A DNA stretch of 63,807 nt, the filler included, from Octopus bimaculoides (lineage: Eukaryota): the NCBI RefSeq assembly GCF_001194135.2. It is 9 parts of 8 records of this genome, joined end to end, with 100 filler letters (N's around TTAATTAATTAA, not from the genome) between each part and the next. Parts side by side here need not be neighbours in the genome. Positions count along the whole stretch, not along the records: positions 34,175 to 52,708 come from NC_068996.1; 8 more parts are not named here. The stretch is one strand, 5' to 3'. Below the pieces are notes generated by a model. That model ran no database searches, had not been told where the DNA came from, and saw nothing but the letters and a program-made list of their open reading frames with translations. Each line of letters begins with the position of its first letter. Position 1 is the stretch's first letter. Shown here in pieces: positions 35,286-49,450 of this stretch. The position numbers and the translations under genes were made by a program.

Positions 35286-36831
35286 GGCTATACATAGCGT
35301 CAAAGAATTTAGGCTAAATTATTAATATTTAAGTAAGTAAATATTCAATAAATAAATGGCTTTCCCATTGAGCTACTGCACTGGAAGTTAATTGTGCTGT
35401 GTGTCATTCATCTCAGAAAATGATACAAAAATTCAGTTTATGCATACATTCAAGGTGGCCTGAACTCAGGTATGCTAATCAAAAGAAAACGTATAATGGA
35501 TTCTATGTAATAGGTTGTCCATTTGTTAGGCCTATCAGCCAGGAACGAAGAAAATTGGCGCATTTGAGTCACGCCACCAATCTCGTAACCGTATTCCTGT
35601 TGCTCTCCTTCTAATGTGATCCCAGTTATATGCGTTTTCATTTCCTATTCTGACAACGACCATGGTGGACATTAAGAGGATAGTGAGAAAATATTACTTA
35701 TCTTATCTTTATGGAGAAATAGGGGCTTCGTTCTCCCGAACGGTTGTGGGTATTTTCACAAGCAATTCTTCGTAATATCGTTTTTGCATATTTTCCTTAA
35801 CGTCTCCTACTCCTTTGAGTTGTTGCGTTGCAATATTTGAATGATGTTTATGTTTAATGATATGCCATTTGTTTGTGTGTTGAAATTATTCAAATAGTGT
35901 CTGTGCGTTATTGTATGTGCTTCGCTAACGCTATGCTGTTTGTAATTAAGACAGTATAATTTAAAATGTAAAGTAGCGATGGTTCTTGACTTGGGTGTAC
36001 AATGTGTGTCTTTAATGCTTATGAGGATGGTTGTCTTTATATTGATTGTGATGTCGGTGATTATTATGTTGATAGTGCTCTTGTTGATGTCAATGGTGTG
36101 TCGTTGTTGGAAATGTCACTTTGTCATACATGTTTGAGTGACCCAAGCGGAGAAGGAATGTCTTATGATTCATTGACATTTTGTTTTCTTGTTATATGTT
36201 TTTGCTGTTGATGCGATGGATATTAATCAACACTGCTGTTGATTATGGTTCTATTGTTTCCACTATAGGTGTCTTTGTTTCTGGTGTTGTTGATACTGTT
36301 CGCCATGCATGTAGCTACTATTGCTGCTATTACTTCTGTTACTACTCTTAAGTTTTGCAGTTGCTGCCATTATTGCAGTTGTGGTTTCACGCTGCCGTTG
36401 GTGCCGATGCTGTCGTGATGATGGCGTCGGCAAAAGTGAAGATCTCTCTACGCTCCTCCTTTATATAGACAGATAGCCTTCAGATGGTTTGTATCACTAT
36501 CTGACTTTGGCATCTTGAATTTCTGCCCTCAAGAATCACGTATTATTTTGTACCACATGGATATCGATCAGCTCCATGATAGATTCAGTTCTTCTTGAAG
36601 CGTTTGGAGCAATACTATCATCCCTCGGCCTGAACAACTTTGCTTCTGCAACCTCTGTACCTACAGAAATTTAGTCTTCTCTATCAAAGGGACATCCTTT
36701 ACCATTAAGCAATTATTTGTTTGTGGGTGCAAGTCGACTATATGTATATATGTATATATATATATATATNNNNNNNNNNNNNNNNNNNNNNNNNNNNNNN
36801 NNNNNNNNNNNNTACACACACACACACACAT

Positions 36832-36870
<39 letters not shown>

Positions 36871-36871
<1 letters not shown>

Positions 36872-37552
36872 TTGAAGGTTTTAAACTTTTATATTTAAAA
36901 GAGATAGAGACTTCGAACTCGACAGATCCATATTCCATTTATTTACCATCCTATGTCAACATTTCTGTGCCCAAAACTATCCAGCGACTGATCCATTGGA
37001 TGTCTGACGTTTGGCACTTCCTCAGGAATGGTTTACATCAGAACAAATTACGAAAAAACACACAAATAACGATCATAATAAATTATTAAATTATTAAAAG
37101 TTCGTTAGCTTCAAAATCCGCCATGTTTTCTTCATGTTAGAAATGTATATATAGGGGAGGTAACTCCTTAATTTTTTCTATTGTTACTGCTCTCCTGTGA
37201 ATGTCTACTAGATTAATTTATTTAATTTAATTTTATTTATTTATTTATTTATTTATTAATTTAGTTATTAACTTGGTTATTAATTTCTTTTTTAGTATAT
37301 TTATTTATTTTAAATTACTATCAATTATCCCCTATATGTAGATTATTTTTGTTGTCCCTAGAGGGTCCTCATGTCTATTATTCCATTTTATATTATTATT
37401 GGGTCTCCTCAAACGTCAGACATCCAATGGATCAGTCACTGGATAGTTTTGGGCACAGAAATGTTGACATAGAATGGTAAATAAATGGAATATGGATCTG
37501 TCGAGTTCGAAGTCTCTATCTCTTTTAAATATAAAAATTTAAAACCTTGAAA
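36871..37552. mobile_element. MITE-like element with 143-bp TIRs and TA flanks
   Basis: 36871-37013 vs reverse complement of 37410-37552: 4 mismatches by eye. TA at 36869-36870 and 37553-37554. Confidence 0.85.
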
Positions 37553-37998
37553 TATAAATATAAACTGTGAGAACGACCCTTAGGGAATCTAGTCAATGAT
37601 CCCCTAGGGTAAAGTCTTATGCTATATTGGTAACGGTTACAACATCCTTTGGAAAATTATATATACATATATATATATTATTAGCCATGATATGAGTGCG
37701 AGTTCACCATCCCTATAGGTTGTTTTAGTGCTTCTCCTGGCCTTATCCTCTATAGGTTATCTCATCTCAATAATACGGCACTTTTCCTCCTTGAAAGCCT
37801 GTATTTTGTGTTCCAGTTAGGTCTGAGGCTGCTTCTGTTTGCTGCTATGTCACTTGCTGAGTGCGAGTGGGTTAGGGTTAGGGTTAAATCGGATCCAATA
37901 CTTATTAGGAAGTTTAATTTATCGACGCTTGAGGAAGGAATAATTTGTTGTTGTCGGTAAGATTTCAGATTATCTGAGCTTTTCATTCTTAATGATTC

Positions 37999-38001
37999 GT
38001 G

Positions 38002-38067
<66 letters not shown>

Positions 38068-38165
38068 GCGACGACGACGACGACGACAATGGCGACGACG
38101 ACGATGATGATGTTGATAATAATAATAATAATAATAACAATAACAACAACAACAACCACAACAAT

Positions 38166-38198
<33 letters not shown>

Positions 38199-38250
38199 AA
38201 TAATAATAATAATTATAATAATAATAATAATGATAATAATAATAATAATA
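37999..38250. repeat. Compound (GAT)n/(GAC)n/(AAC)n/(AAT)n tract
   Basis: Direct sequence. Confidence 0.95.
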
Positions 38251-41200
38251 ATGGAGTTTCTGATTTAGGTACAGGACAGGAATTTGAAGAAAAGTTGTTA
38301 CAGAATATACAACGATGCAATGACACGGTTGATAGTATCATCTCTGGTTACCCAGTGTTTGTCAAATTTAAATATTTGTACAAATGTAATTAAATGTGTA
38401 GCTATATCCACTGTGTAGTATGACAACAATTCGATGTGAAAATAATACGAAGTATACATGTAATAAACACAGTATATGACCGCGAACTCATCACAATCAC
38501 TTGGTATGCGATCGTCAAAAGATCAAAGCAAACTCTCAAATCATAAAAACTTGAATGAAGAAAAGGATCACTGATATCATAGCAATTTCTGACCAATACA
38601 TTGCTTGAAAAAATGTGGGTATCTATCAAAGCACAAGAATCTGGAAATCGAAATATTTCAAGGTGTAGAACATGAATTTGGAAACAGAGCCAAGCATAAA
38701 TGTAGCTTCAAATAAGATTAATATTAAGGAAAGAAAACGAAAGAAACGAGGATTTACAAAACTAGCTAGCAGTGGTTTGAGAGATCAAAGAGGGAAGTTT
38801 CTGTTCTGAGACCTTTCAAACCTTCAGCATCACACAACTTCTAAAGCTATCAGAAGGAAAGAGCTTTCTCTGTGCGATTAAATGTCTACAACAGAACAAA
38901 TCACGAATGCCAACTCTCCACAAGAACGCATGCACTCTTTGCAATTCTGCAGTCAGTTTCGTTCCTGTTCATTTCCAATCGGTAGTTCTTGATAACACTG
39001 TCAAGTAAAGGACTTCTCGAAGATATCCATATGAACTTCTGAACCGATTAGACTTAGCCAGTTCGTTTTCGTGGATGCCCAACGCTTACACATGAGAATG
39101 TTGTTGCGCTTCACTGCTACTAATGCCAGACTGAAACTTCTACCAGTTCCAGTGCCCTACCGTTGGAAGTTAGTGAGGATCTGTTCACATTCTAGCGGAT
39201 AGCTGCCTTGTTTCGACTTTTAACAGTTCCAGTACTGCAAAACTGTCACGGGTTGTGAGCTGCAGAAGGGAGTGTCTCACGAACGCCAATGCAACCATCA
39301 CCGCAGATGCAGGACAGCCTCAAATTTTTACAAATTGGCATTTACAAATCAGTATAATGCTCCTCGAAGCGGATTAATCTCTTGACCAGTGCAACTAATC
39401 CATTTTGTAAGAATCCGAAGAGTAGAACGTCGATCTCGTCAGACGGAGGTTGACACTACGAACGATAAGGTGATAAATGATAACGGAGGCGATATAAGCC
39501 CTAGTTTCCTGCTGGCCAATTTCAGGTTAAGACTGCTGTCCCAGCTCCTTACCACATCCCATGACCGAAATCCACTCCGTCGGTCCTTATGCGTCGTTCC
39601 AGTGCACGACTCATTTTAACGACATAAACATTTCTCCCCCAGTACTGGGCTACAAGCAACCGCACCCCGAACATTTTTGGTTGATTATAGCCCCTGTCAC
39701 TCTATAGTACTCATTTTGAAAAGACCAAACGACTTCAATTCGATGGCATTATGACAATGATATCGTATGCAATGCAAACTACCCGTGACCACGTTCACTG
39801 TGGACATGGGGGAGGAGCATACATCTTAACCGTTCTAGATTGCGTGGCCGGATATCGAGAGCAAGCGAGTAGAGACATCACTTGTAGACAAAGAATGTGA
39901 TGCAAGATGGTTTTCAGAAGTGGCCTTTTACTTTGACTACTGAACAGATGCCACTTACTGCAATCTTCCTCCCAAAATGGTTCCGAACTGGGCGGCCGCT
40001 TTCTGAACGATTACGAAATAACGATGGTCAGCAGTAATGAAAATGTTTTATGGTTCCAAATTCACTATTGACCACGTATATTCATTTAACCTAGTAATGT
40101 ACAGTCATATTTGTCAGTGACCATCAAAAGGGCACGGTCAGTCAACTAGGTCTTTCAGAAGACCAGTTCAACAAGTTTCCTTGTCATGTAATGTTTGCAT
40201 ATGTATGACAGTTGGTGTTTCTCTGTCTGTCTCTCTGTATGTATGTAAGTATGTATGTATGTATGTATGTATATTTGTATGTATCTAAACATGTACGTAT
40301 GTTCGTATATATATATGTGCATATCTAAATGCAAACTGTTTAAAGAACTCTTTCAGCTGAGTACCAGCTCATACAGAAATCATACAACTCAGTATTGTAT
40401 ATACATGTATAAATACTCAGTGTTGAATATATTTATATAAATGTAAAGTTGTTGAACTTAAAAATGTGCACATGTCTTTGCAATCATGTGTGTGTGAACG
40501 TGAGTATGCAAACTTTTATGATTAGGCGCGTACAACGCTGCTTTTACATCGCTTATGTAAGAATAATAAGCATCAACTACTAAAATTAAGACAANNNNNN
40601 NNNNNNNNNNNNNNNNNNNNNNNNNNNNNNNNNNNNNNNNNNNNNNNNNNNNNNNNNNNNNNNNNNNNNNNNNNNNNNNNNNNNNNNNNNNNNNNNNNNN
40701 NNNNNNNNNNNNNNNNNNNNNNNNNNNNNNNNNNNNNNNNNNNNNNNNNNNNNNNNNNNNNNNNNNNNNNNNNNNNNNNNNNNNNNNNNNNNNNNNNNNN
40801 NNNNNNNNNNNNNNNNNNNNNNNNNNNNNNNNNNNNNNNNNNNNNNNNNNNNNNNNNNNNNNNNNNNNNNNNNNNNNNNNNNNNNNNNNNNNNNNNNNNN
40901 NNNNNNNNNNNNNNNNNNNNNNNNNNNNNNNNNNNNNNNNNNNATATATATATATATATATACTCTCTATCTTATATATAAATATATACACACACACAAT
41001 CACACACAAACACACGCACACACACACACACGTATATATATATTAATACATACATAACGTACGTACGTGTGCTTGTGAAAGTGTGCATATGATTAAAAGT
41101 TTCTGTTATGTACAAATAAATTTAAATATGTATGCTTGCCTTTAAGCATTAGCATGTGTGTTTGAGCGCGTGCGCTCGCTGTTGCTTGTGTATGTGAAAG

Positions 41201-41442
41201 AGAATATACTTCTTCCTGTGGATAGGTGTTGTGGGTGCCTCTCTTTATATGTGTGCCAATAATCGATCTCCATCGAAAATATGATTACACACTTTACCAC
41301 ATTCAGTTGAATATTCGAATCTACATCAGTGTAGTGTGCAAATCCCCGAATGCTTACCTCTTTATGCATGACTGTTCCATTGCGTATGGCAAGGAATCAA
41401 ATATACTCATTTATGAAACGCAAATACTTTCACTGAGATATG

Positions 41443-41496
<54 letters not shown>

Positions 41497-41583
41497 NNNN
41501 NNNNNNNNNNNNNNNNNNNNNNNNNNNNNNNNNNNNNNNNNNNNNNNNNNNNNNNNNNNNNNNNNNNNNNNNNNNNNNNNNNN

Positions 41584-41637
<54 letters not shown>

Positions 41638-41871
41638 TTATGTACATATTTATATATATGTATGTATGTATATTTGTATGTATGTATGCATGCATGCATG
41701 CATGTATGTATGTGCTGTTTCTGCGTATTGAAACCGATATGGACTCTGTTATAACACTATATGATGATAAGAGTCCGGGAATACTGTGCCATATGCACAC
41801 ACACAGACATTCACACACATACACCGACACACACATATGCTTGAATATATGTATAAATTCACATATGTATT

Positions 41872-41903
<32 letters not shown>

Positions 41904-43391
41904 NNNNNNNNNNNNNNNNNNNNNNNNNNNNNNNNNNNNNNNNNNNNNNNNNNNNNNNNNNNNNNNNNNNNNNNNNNNNNNNNNNNNNNNNNNNNNNNNN
42001 NNNNNNNNNNNNNNNNNNNNNNNNNNNNNNNNNNNNNNNNNNNNNNNNNNNNNNNNNNNNNNNNNNNNNNNNNNNNNNNNNNNNNNNNNNNNNNNNNNNN
42101 NNNNNNNNNNNNNNNNNNNNNNNNNNNNNNNNNNNNNNNNNNNNNNNNNNNNNNNNNNNNNNNNNNNNNNNNNNNNNNNNNNNNNNNNNNNNNNNNNNNN
42201 NNNNNNNNNNNNNNNNNNNNNNNNNNNNNNNNNNNNNNNNNNNNNNNNNNNNNNNNNNNNNNNNNNNNNNNNNNNNNNNNNNNNNNNNNNNNNNNNNNNN
42301 NNNNNNNNNNNNNNNNNNNNNNNNNNNNNNNNNNNNNNNNNNNNNNNNNNNNNNNNNNNNNNNNNNNNNNNNNNNNNNNNNNNNNNNNNNNNNNNNNNNN
42401 NNNNNNNNNNNNNNNNNNNNNNNNNNNNNNNNNNNNNNNNNNNNNNNNNNNNNNNNNNNNNNNNNNNNNNNNNNNNNNNNNNNNNNNNNNNNNNNNNNNN
42501 NNNNNNNNNNNNNNNNNNNNNNNNNNNNNNNNNNNNNNNNNNNNNNNNNNNNNNNNNNNNNNTATATATATATATATATATATATATCGATTGAACACGT
42601 GTTCATTGCCTGTTTATCGTTTCCATAGTATCTTTGTATGTAACAATGTCCGTATACTTCTAAACAAAACATGAGAACCAAGAAAGATATACACTTAAAT
42701 ATATGCGTCTATAATTATATACATCTCTCTATAGTGGTCTATCTTCATTCATATCTCCCTACATGGTGGGGGGGGGAGATATTGAGAGAGAGAAAGGAAG
42801 AGGTGAAAATCTGTGTTCGTATAAACACATGCACACACATAAACTCGTACAGTTTTATATGGAATATGAAAAGTAAATGTCTGTTCATTGATAATACGAT
42901 CACAAAAAGAGAGAAAGACAGAGTGAAAGAGAGAGAGAGGGAGGAGAGGGGGAAGAGAATGATAGATAAAGGATGAGAGGGGACAAGAGAAATGTAGACA
43001 AAAGATAATCAAACGAGAAGAGAATGATAAGTGAATATTTGAAAAACCATTCAAACAAATCATGAGATAACTAAATAAATAAATAAATATCTAACATGTT
43101 TTACCTCAGAGTCAGGCTGTTCATATATCTAGCATATATCTTGAATGCACATGCTTTTGCAGGCGTAAATTTTGGGAGTATATCTAACAAGTTTATCTGT
43201 AATACATACGCATACGTATATCTGTGTGTATTACATACATAAACATACACATAAATACATACACACACATATATATGCATACATTCATGCACACATTTAT
43301 ACACATTCACGTACACGCACACGCATATGCACACATACATATATATATATGAGGCAAAACATGTTTCTTTATATATAATATACATGCACAA

Positions 43392-43448
<57 letters not shown>

Positions 43449-45196
43449 AGTAAAGAATTTTAATACCGTTACATTCAAGGCGAGAGAAAGAGAGTGAGTG
43501 TGAATGTGAGAGATACATATTTTCATACATGCTTGCGTGCATACATACACACACACATACATACATATATACATACGTAGATATATTGTATTCATACTTG
43601 CATACATACATACAGTCACTCACATACACACCTATTTAAACATATAACTTTATCGGCGTTGAGGTCCAATCGATGTGTACGTGATACATATTTAGAGTTT
43701 CAAATTGTTTTATGTAAAACTTGTCTCAGTGATCACTTCAACTAATTTGTTTATTATTAAATAAAAATCATTATTTAAGGCCACATTTTTGTTTGGCTAG
43801 ATATACTAAATTATAGAAATCTGAAGCCCGAAATTTCTAAAGCTAGCTTTACAAAGCTGTATAAATGTAGGCCATAGGGTATAAATCTGTTCGGTTTGGT
43901 TATGCAGTAAACAGCACCAAGAGAACTGTAATTTAAAACTTACTATAATATTTACAATAACTGTGGTGTTCCTTATGCGAAATGGTAGCGATGAAGATCG
44001 TGGCAAAAGTTATCTATGATACTAATACTAAAATTTGAATGAAGGAAACATAACGTGGTTTTAGAAATTATGAATGCAGTAGTATAGGTGATGATAACTG
44101 AGGTTAGTGATAATGATGATGATGATGATAGTTTTTCAGTGGGCAACAGAACATAAAAATCTATAGAGTTTTATACTGAAATAGTCTAGAAATCTCTTAT
44201 TTCGTTCCCAATGTAATTCAGATCATATCACTCGCTTTCGAAAGTAGATATAATAACACCTAGAAGTTTCATTGCTATGATTGTAATTGTACAAACACAT
44301 GATATTGCCCTATTTACTTTAAGTATCCAGAGTGAAATGTAATGTGGACACAATATCATCAAACAAAGCTTACTTGAGTGTTTAACTGCGACTGGATTCA
44401 AATACATATCTAGTGAATATTTCTATTCAATTAAACAAGTCACAGAAGATCACAATTACAATATAACAATGACGCTTAAACTATCAAAAATATTGACAAA
44501 ACCTTCCGAACTCTCAAGAAACAAACTCCATCAAGTCCGCAACAGTGCACAAAAATGACGGTGAGCTGATTAGTACATACCAATATATTTGAGAGACAAA
44601 GAATCCTGAATTGCCGAATAACTAAGAATATGTCGTCACACGTCAACAGACCTTTTCTTAAAAGATTCTCATCCAGAAGGGAGATTTTAATGAAATATAA
44701 TCGACAAGAGATTATTAGAGAGATCTTTCAAGAAACATTCACACGAAAAGAGGGCCTCTTAGGTGATTATGATGAAAGAGGTTTTGCAGTGGACATGACT
44801 GAAATAAATTAAGAGAAACACCTTTTCAGCCAAGCCTTCATCAACTTTTTCAAGCTTCATTTGAAAAGGGAGGTACAGGAAGAGGGAGGGTTATTGACCC
44901 CTACCCCAAAGAACACACATTTTGTAAAAGGAATGTTTCATGTAGCGAGAATCACTCGAAAGAATATAAGTGAAGTAGGATAGAACTACCGTATAGTGCT
45001 GCTACTGAACAGGGTAACACGGAAACTTTTGGATTCCTTGAATGGTGCTGCGGGTCGTTTCTAGCCAATTGAGACATCATGTATTATATTTTTTTATTGA
45101 TTTTTATTGACTTCTTTTTCACACCTTTATGTAAATTCCTGTTGTCTTCTTCGCATTGGTCAAAATAATTTTGCTGCCGTTGTAACATATCAAGAA

Positions 45197-45241
<45 letters not shown>

Positions 45242-45259
45242 GTTATTATTATTATTATT

Positions 45260-46555
45260 TTATGTTTGACTTTTGTTTTGCATTTGTACAAGTTGAATCA
45301 AGAGACAACAAGTTAGAAGTTCATGTCGGTGTTATGCCTAGGGTACCATATATTTCGATTTGTACAGTTTTGTTCAAGTGAATCTTTATGAAACCATAAG
45401 AAAATTATGTTTGCTTTAACATTTGAGATCACATAGACAGTATTTTACGTAGGATATGGGCAGTTCCCATGAGCACTATCTTTTGAACTTCAGCCATTTT
45501 GGGGTTTCCTGGTATCTGAGCTAGGTAGTAATCAGCCCCTTTCGCTGTCATTCCCAGGGCACCTATGACAATAGGTTTTGTTTTCGTCTTCAGATTCCAC
45601 ATTTTGCTAATTTCTATTTCAAGATCTTTATATTTGCTCAGTTTTTGGTAGGTCTTGACAGATACGTTTATATCGATTGGGACAGTCATATCAATGAGGA
45701 GGCATGATTTTTGTCTGAAGTCTTTCAGTATNNNNNNNNNNNNNNNNNNNNNNNNNNNNNNNNNNNNNNNNNNNNNNNNNNNNNNNNNNNNNNNNNNNNN
45801 NNNNNNNNNNNNNNNNNNNNNNNNNNNNNNNNNNNNNNNNNNNNNNNNNNNNNNNNNNNNNNNNNNNNNNNNNNNNNNNNNNNNNNNNNNNNNNNNNNNN
45901 NNNNNNNNNNNNNNNNNNNNNNNNNNNNNNNNNNNNNNNNNNNNNNNNNNNNNNNNNNNNNNNNNNNNNNNNNNNNNNNNNNNNNNNNNNNNNNNNNNNN
46001 NNNNNNNNNNNNNNNNNNNNNNNNNNNNNNNNNNNNNNNNNNNNNNNNNNNNNNNNNNNNNNNNNNNNNNNNNNNNNNNNNNNNNNNNNNNNNNNNNNNN
46101 NNNNNNNNNNNNNNNNNNNNNNNNNNNNNNNNNNNNNNNNNNNNATCTGCATTATTCGCTCTCTTTGGGTATTTGCCATTGAGAGGTTTTCCATGCCATT
46201 TTTCAGTCATAATATCTAAGGCAGCAATTTTTGCACGGGTTTTCAAGCGCTTAGCTTTTTCAGCAGTTGTTTCTAGTTCGTCTAATTCTTGAATTTGTTG
46301 CAATTGGAATTCACTTAGATAGTCCCTTGCCTGTTTTGTTACTGAGTAAGATGCTTTCTTGCTTTCATGTTTTAAGACAAGTTTTATCATCCAGTCCTCA
46401 GAGTTTTTCAGATAGGTGTCTAGGCCAATTGTGGCTACCTTCATTGATAATGCCAGCTGTAGAGGTTCTCGGCCTCCCTCTTTTCTTGGTAGATAAAGAC
46501 GTTCTATATCTGCCTTAGGGTGGTGCATTCTATGCATTGTCAACAGATATCGTAT
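45260..46555 (-). mobile_element. 5'-truncated R4/Dong-type element (RT thumb to RLE, 3' UTR), with internal gap
   Basis: HRMHHPKADIERLYLPRKEGGR (46543-) and KLSKYKDLEIEISKMWNLKT..IVIGALG..QKIVLMGTAHILRKILSM* (45429-45689). (TAA)n on both sides. Confidence 0.9.
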
Positions 46556-46585
46556 TTTATTATTATTATTATTATTATTTTTTTA

Positions 46586-46632
<47 letters not shown>

Positions 46633-47240
46633 GTCTTATTTTTATCATGTGCTTTCACCGCACTACTGTGGTTTGTTGTGATGCTCTTATTTTTTACTGT
46701 ATGGAAAGTGTTTTGCGTAGAATGTGTGCGGTGCCCAAGTAGTGCTATTTTCTCTACGTTATATACATTTGTAAGTCCTTGTGATTTTGTTATGTATTTG
46801 TCTGAATATTTTTTAATCATAACTAATGCACATGCTATAATAGGAATTGTTTCTGTTTTTAGGCTCTACATTGGCGTTACCTTTATTTCCAGATCTTTTG
46901 ATCACTCGCAGCAGACACTTGTTTACGTATCATGCTTCAACAACCCTGTGCAGAACTCTTGTAATGATAATTTTTGAAGGTGTTCTACCTTTACATTTGT
47001 GCCAATTTTGTCTCTTTGATCTTGTCGCCACCGGGACGTGCTACGTGGGTTATCATTCAATTTTTTTTTCTGTTAACCACAACAATATATGACTTCCGAT
47101 GTCTGATCTGATGGTCACACTGATTCATTGCTTCCCACAGGATTTTGCAGTTTTCATTCTTGGTAACTCTTTCTAGAGTTTGGTTCAACCACATCCTTGT
47201 TCTTTGTAGGTCGTGATTTCTACAGAATTCCCAACGGATC
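46633..47240 (-). mobile_element. Further R4/Dong RLE fragments
   Basis: DLEIKVTPM*SLKTETIPII..EKIALLG/AHILRKTLSIQ* plus 3' UTR (46633-46895); ENCKILWE..DHQIRHRKSYIVVV (47057-47235). Confidence 0.75.
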
Positions 47241-48069
47241 ATGACTGGGACAGTCATATCAATGAGGAGGCATGATTTTTTCTGAAGTCTTTCAATAGGA
47301 TATCTGGCGTATTTGCCTCTATCTTACTGTCAGTTTGAATGGAAAAGTTCCAAAGGCGTGAGATGTAATCCTTTTCAAGCACTTGAAGCGGTTTGTATTC
47401 CCACCAGTTTTTTATAATGGGGCAGGTCCATGTTTTTGCAAATTACCCAGTGAATATATTGTGAAGATATATCATGCCTGTTGTGATACTCTGTACGCGC
47501 AAGAAAAACTGGACATGGAGACAACATGATCAATGGTCTCATTTGTTGTTGATATACACGACATATTGGAGAACTGCCGTTCTTTAATATGTTAGTCTGG
47601 TAGTTCCTTGTAGGTAGGCATTGATATTGGGCTTCTATGATAAAGCCTTCTGTTTCAGATTTTAAGCCAGAAGCCATTAGCCATTAGCTATTGATGTCAA
47701 CATCGGCATTATTCGCTCTCTTTGGGTATTTGCAATTGAGATGTTTTTCTTGCCATTTATCAGTAAGAGTATCTAAGGCAGCAGTTTTAGCACGAGTTTT
47801 TCATAGGCTTAGCTTTTTCTGTGCTTGATTCCAGTACGTCAAGTTCTGGAATTTGTTGTATTTGGAATTCAGTTAGATATTCCTTTGCCTGTTTTGTTAC
47901 TGTGTAAGATGCTTTCTTTTTTTTTTTTTTTCATGTTTTGAGACAAATTTTAACATCTAGTCCTCAGACTTTTTAAGGTATGTATCTAGGCCAATTGTGT
48001 CAATCTGCATTGTTAATACCAGATGTAAAAGTTCACGGCCTCCCTCTTTTCTTGGCAGATAAAGTTCTA

Positions 48070-48863
48070 TTAGGTTGTCAGGTAAGTTATTGCGGTTCTT
48101 AACGTTTAAATTCAGATGCACATATCTCGGCTCAAACAAAACTTTATTAATCGAAATAAACACCATCAGAATCAACACACTTTTTCCAACGCGAAACAAG
48201 TTTATTTATGCCAGCAGCGTAAAAATCCTGCGTTCTTGTGGCGATGAAGTCGTTGAAGGCGTGTTTCGCATTTTCTTGGTTTTTGAAGCCTTTCTCACGC
48301 AGAAAGTTGTCGAGATTCTTGAGAAGGTGGTAGTCGGTAGGTGAGAGGTCTGGTGAGTATGGCGGATGAGGTAGAGTTTCGTAGCCCAATTCGTTCAACT
48401 TCTGCAGGGTCAGTTGTGCGACGTGAAGCCGAGCGTTGTCGTGGAGAAGAATTGGTCTTTTTCTATTGACCAATGCTGTCTGTTGTAGCCGAAGTTTCTT
48501 ATGCATTTCATCCATCCGCTGACAGTACTTCTCCGCCGTAATGGTTTCACCTGGATCCAAGATGCTGTGATGGATGAGACCGGCCGTAAACCACCAAACA
48601 GTCACCATGGCCTTCTTTTGGTGCAACTTTGGCTTCGAGAATATGGAAATTTTGCGAATTTGCTTTTTGTGCATGTTGTATTCAACGTTCCGGGAAAAAT
48701 CGCCTAATTATTCAGAAAGAAAAAGGGTAAGACGATTAGATAGAGCGAAAAACGGGCTTTAAAATTATATATAAAGTCAAAGTAATTTAACGAAAATTAA
48801 TTTGAAAATATATCATTTAAAATCAAAATTAAAAATTCCGCAAGAATTTTCTTGACATCCTAA
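48070..48863 (-). mobile_element. Internally deleted mariner with 26-bp TIRs and TA TSD
   Basis: TIRs ttaggttgtcaggtaagttattgcgg / ttaggatgtcaagaaaattcttgcgg (21 of 26 match). TA at 48068-48069 and 48864-48865. Confidence 0.92.
48147..48674 (-). pseudogene. Mariner transposase C-terminal catalytic region (N-terminus missing)
   Basis: MVTVWW..PGETITAEKYC..LLHDNARLH..LPHPPYSPDLSPTDYHL..RWKKCVDSDGVYFD. The HDNA and YSPDL motifs indicate a DD34D mariner. Confidence 0.92.
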
Positions 48864-49229
48864 TATATCTGCCATAGGGTGGTGCATTCTATGCACTATC
48901 AACAGTTTTCGTATTTTTCTGTCATGATTACATATTTCAGTAATTGACCAATTAATTCAAAAGATCCCTGAATAAGGATTGTTTAAGGATGTTGAATGAA
49001 ATGCCCATGTTTCCAGAGGTGAATTATTCAAACCCCCAAAGAATTCCTTTCAACACATGGGTATGATGTTCTCTCACTACTTTTGCTCATGATCAGAGAT
49101 GCACATATTGTCAGCCACTAAGGGTCATGCTCAACTGGTTAATGTCAAACGATTGACAAGCAATTCTGTTGTATTAAGCAGAATATTTGCTGTAGCCCAT
49201 CTTTTATACCAAGACAATTATTATTAAGG

Positions 49230-49450
49230 TGGCAAGCAGGCAGAGTCATTAGCACGCCGGGAAAGATGCTCTGTGGCATTTCGTCCGTTTTTACTTTCTG
49301 AGTTCAAGTTCTGCCGATGCCATCTTTATTTTTGATCCTTTCGGATTCGATAAAATTAAGTACTACTAGTTTAGCAATGATGTCTACAGTATGGAGTAAA
49401 TCCTTCCCTCCAAATTGCTAGTCTTGTCCCTAGATTAGAAATTGTTATGA
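49230..49450 (+). mobile_element. SINE group B
   Basis: ggtggcaagcaggcagagtcattagcacgccggg..ttctgagttcaagttctgccga..atcctttcggattcgataaaattaagtac. Confidence 0.8.

Larger units (their letters stand above)
47240..48957 (-). mobile_element. Second copy of the 45260-46555 R4/Dong subfamily, interrupted by a mariner
   Basis: NWSITEIC..RKIRKLLIVHRMHHP | LYLPRKEGGR..GLKSETEGFIIEAQYQCLPTRNYQ..ICRV. Nucleotide paralogy with 46145-46553 and 45675-45730. Confidence 0.85.

Noticed and set aside
8412-46543. Long ORFs (250-480 aa) in the ORF track
   Set aside because: Length comes from N runs translated as X, plus microsatellites.
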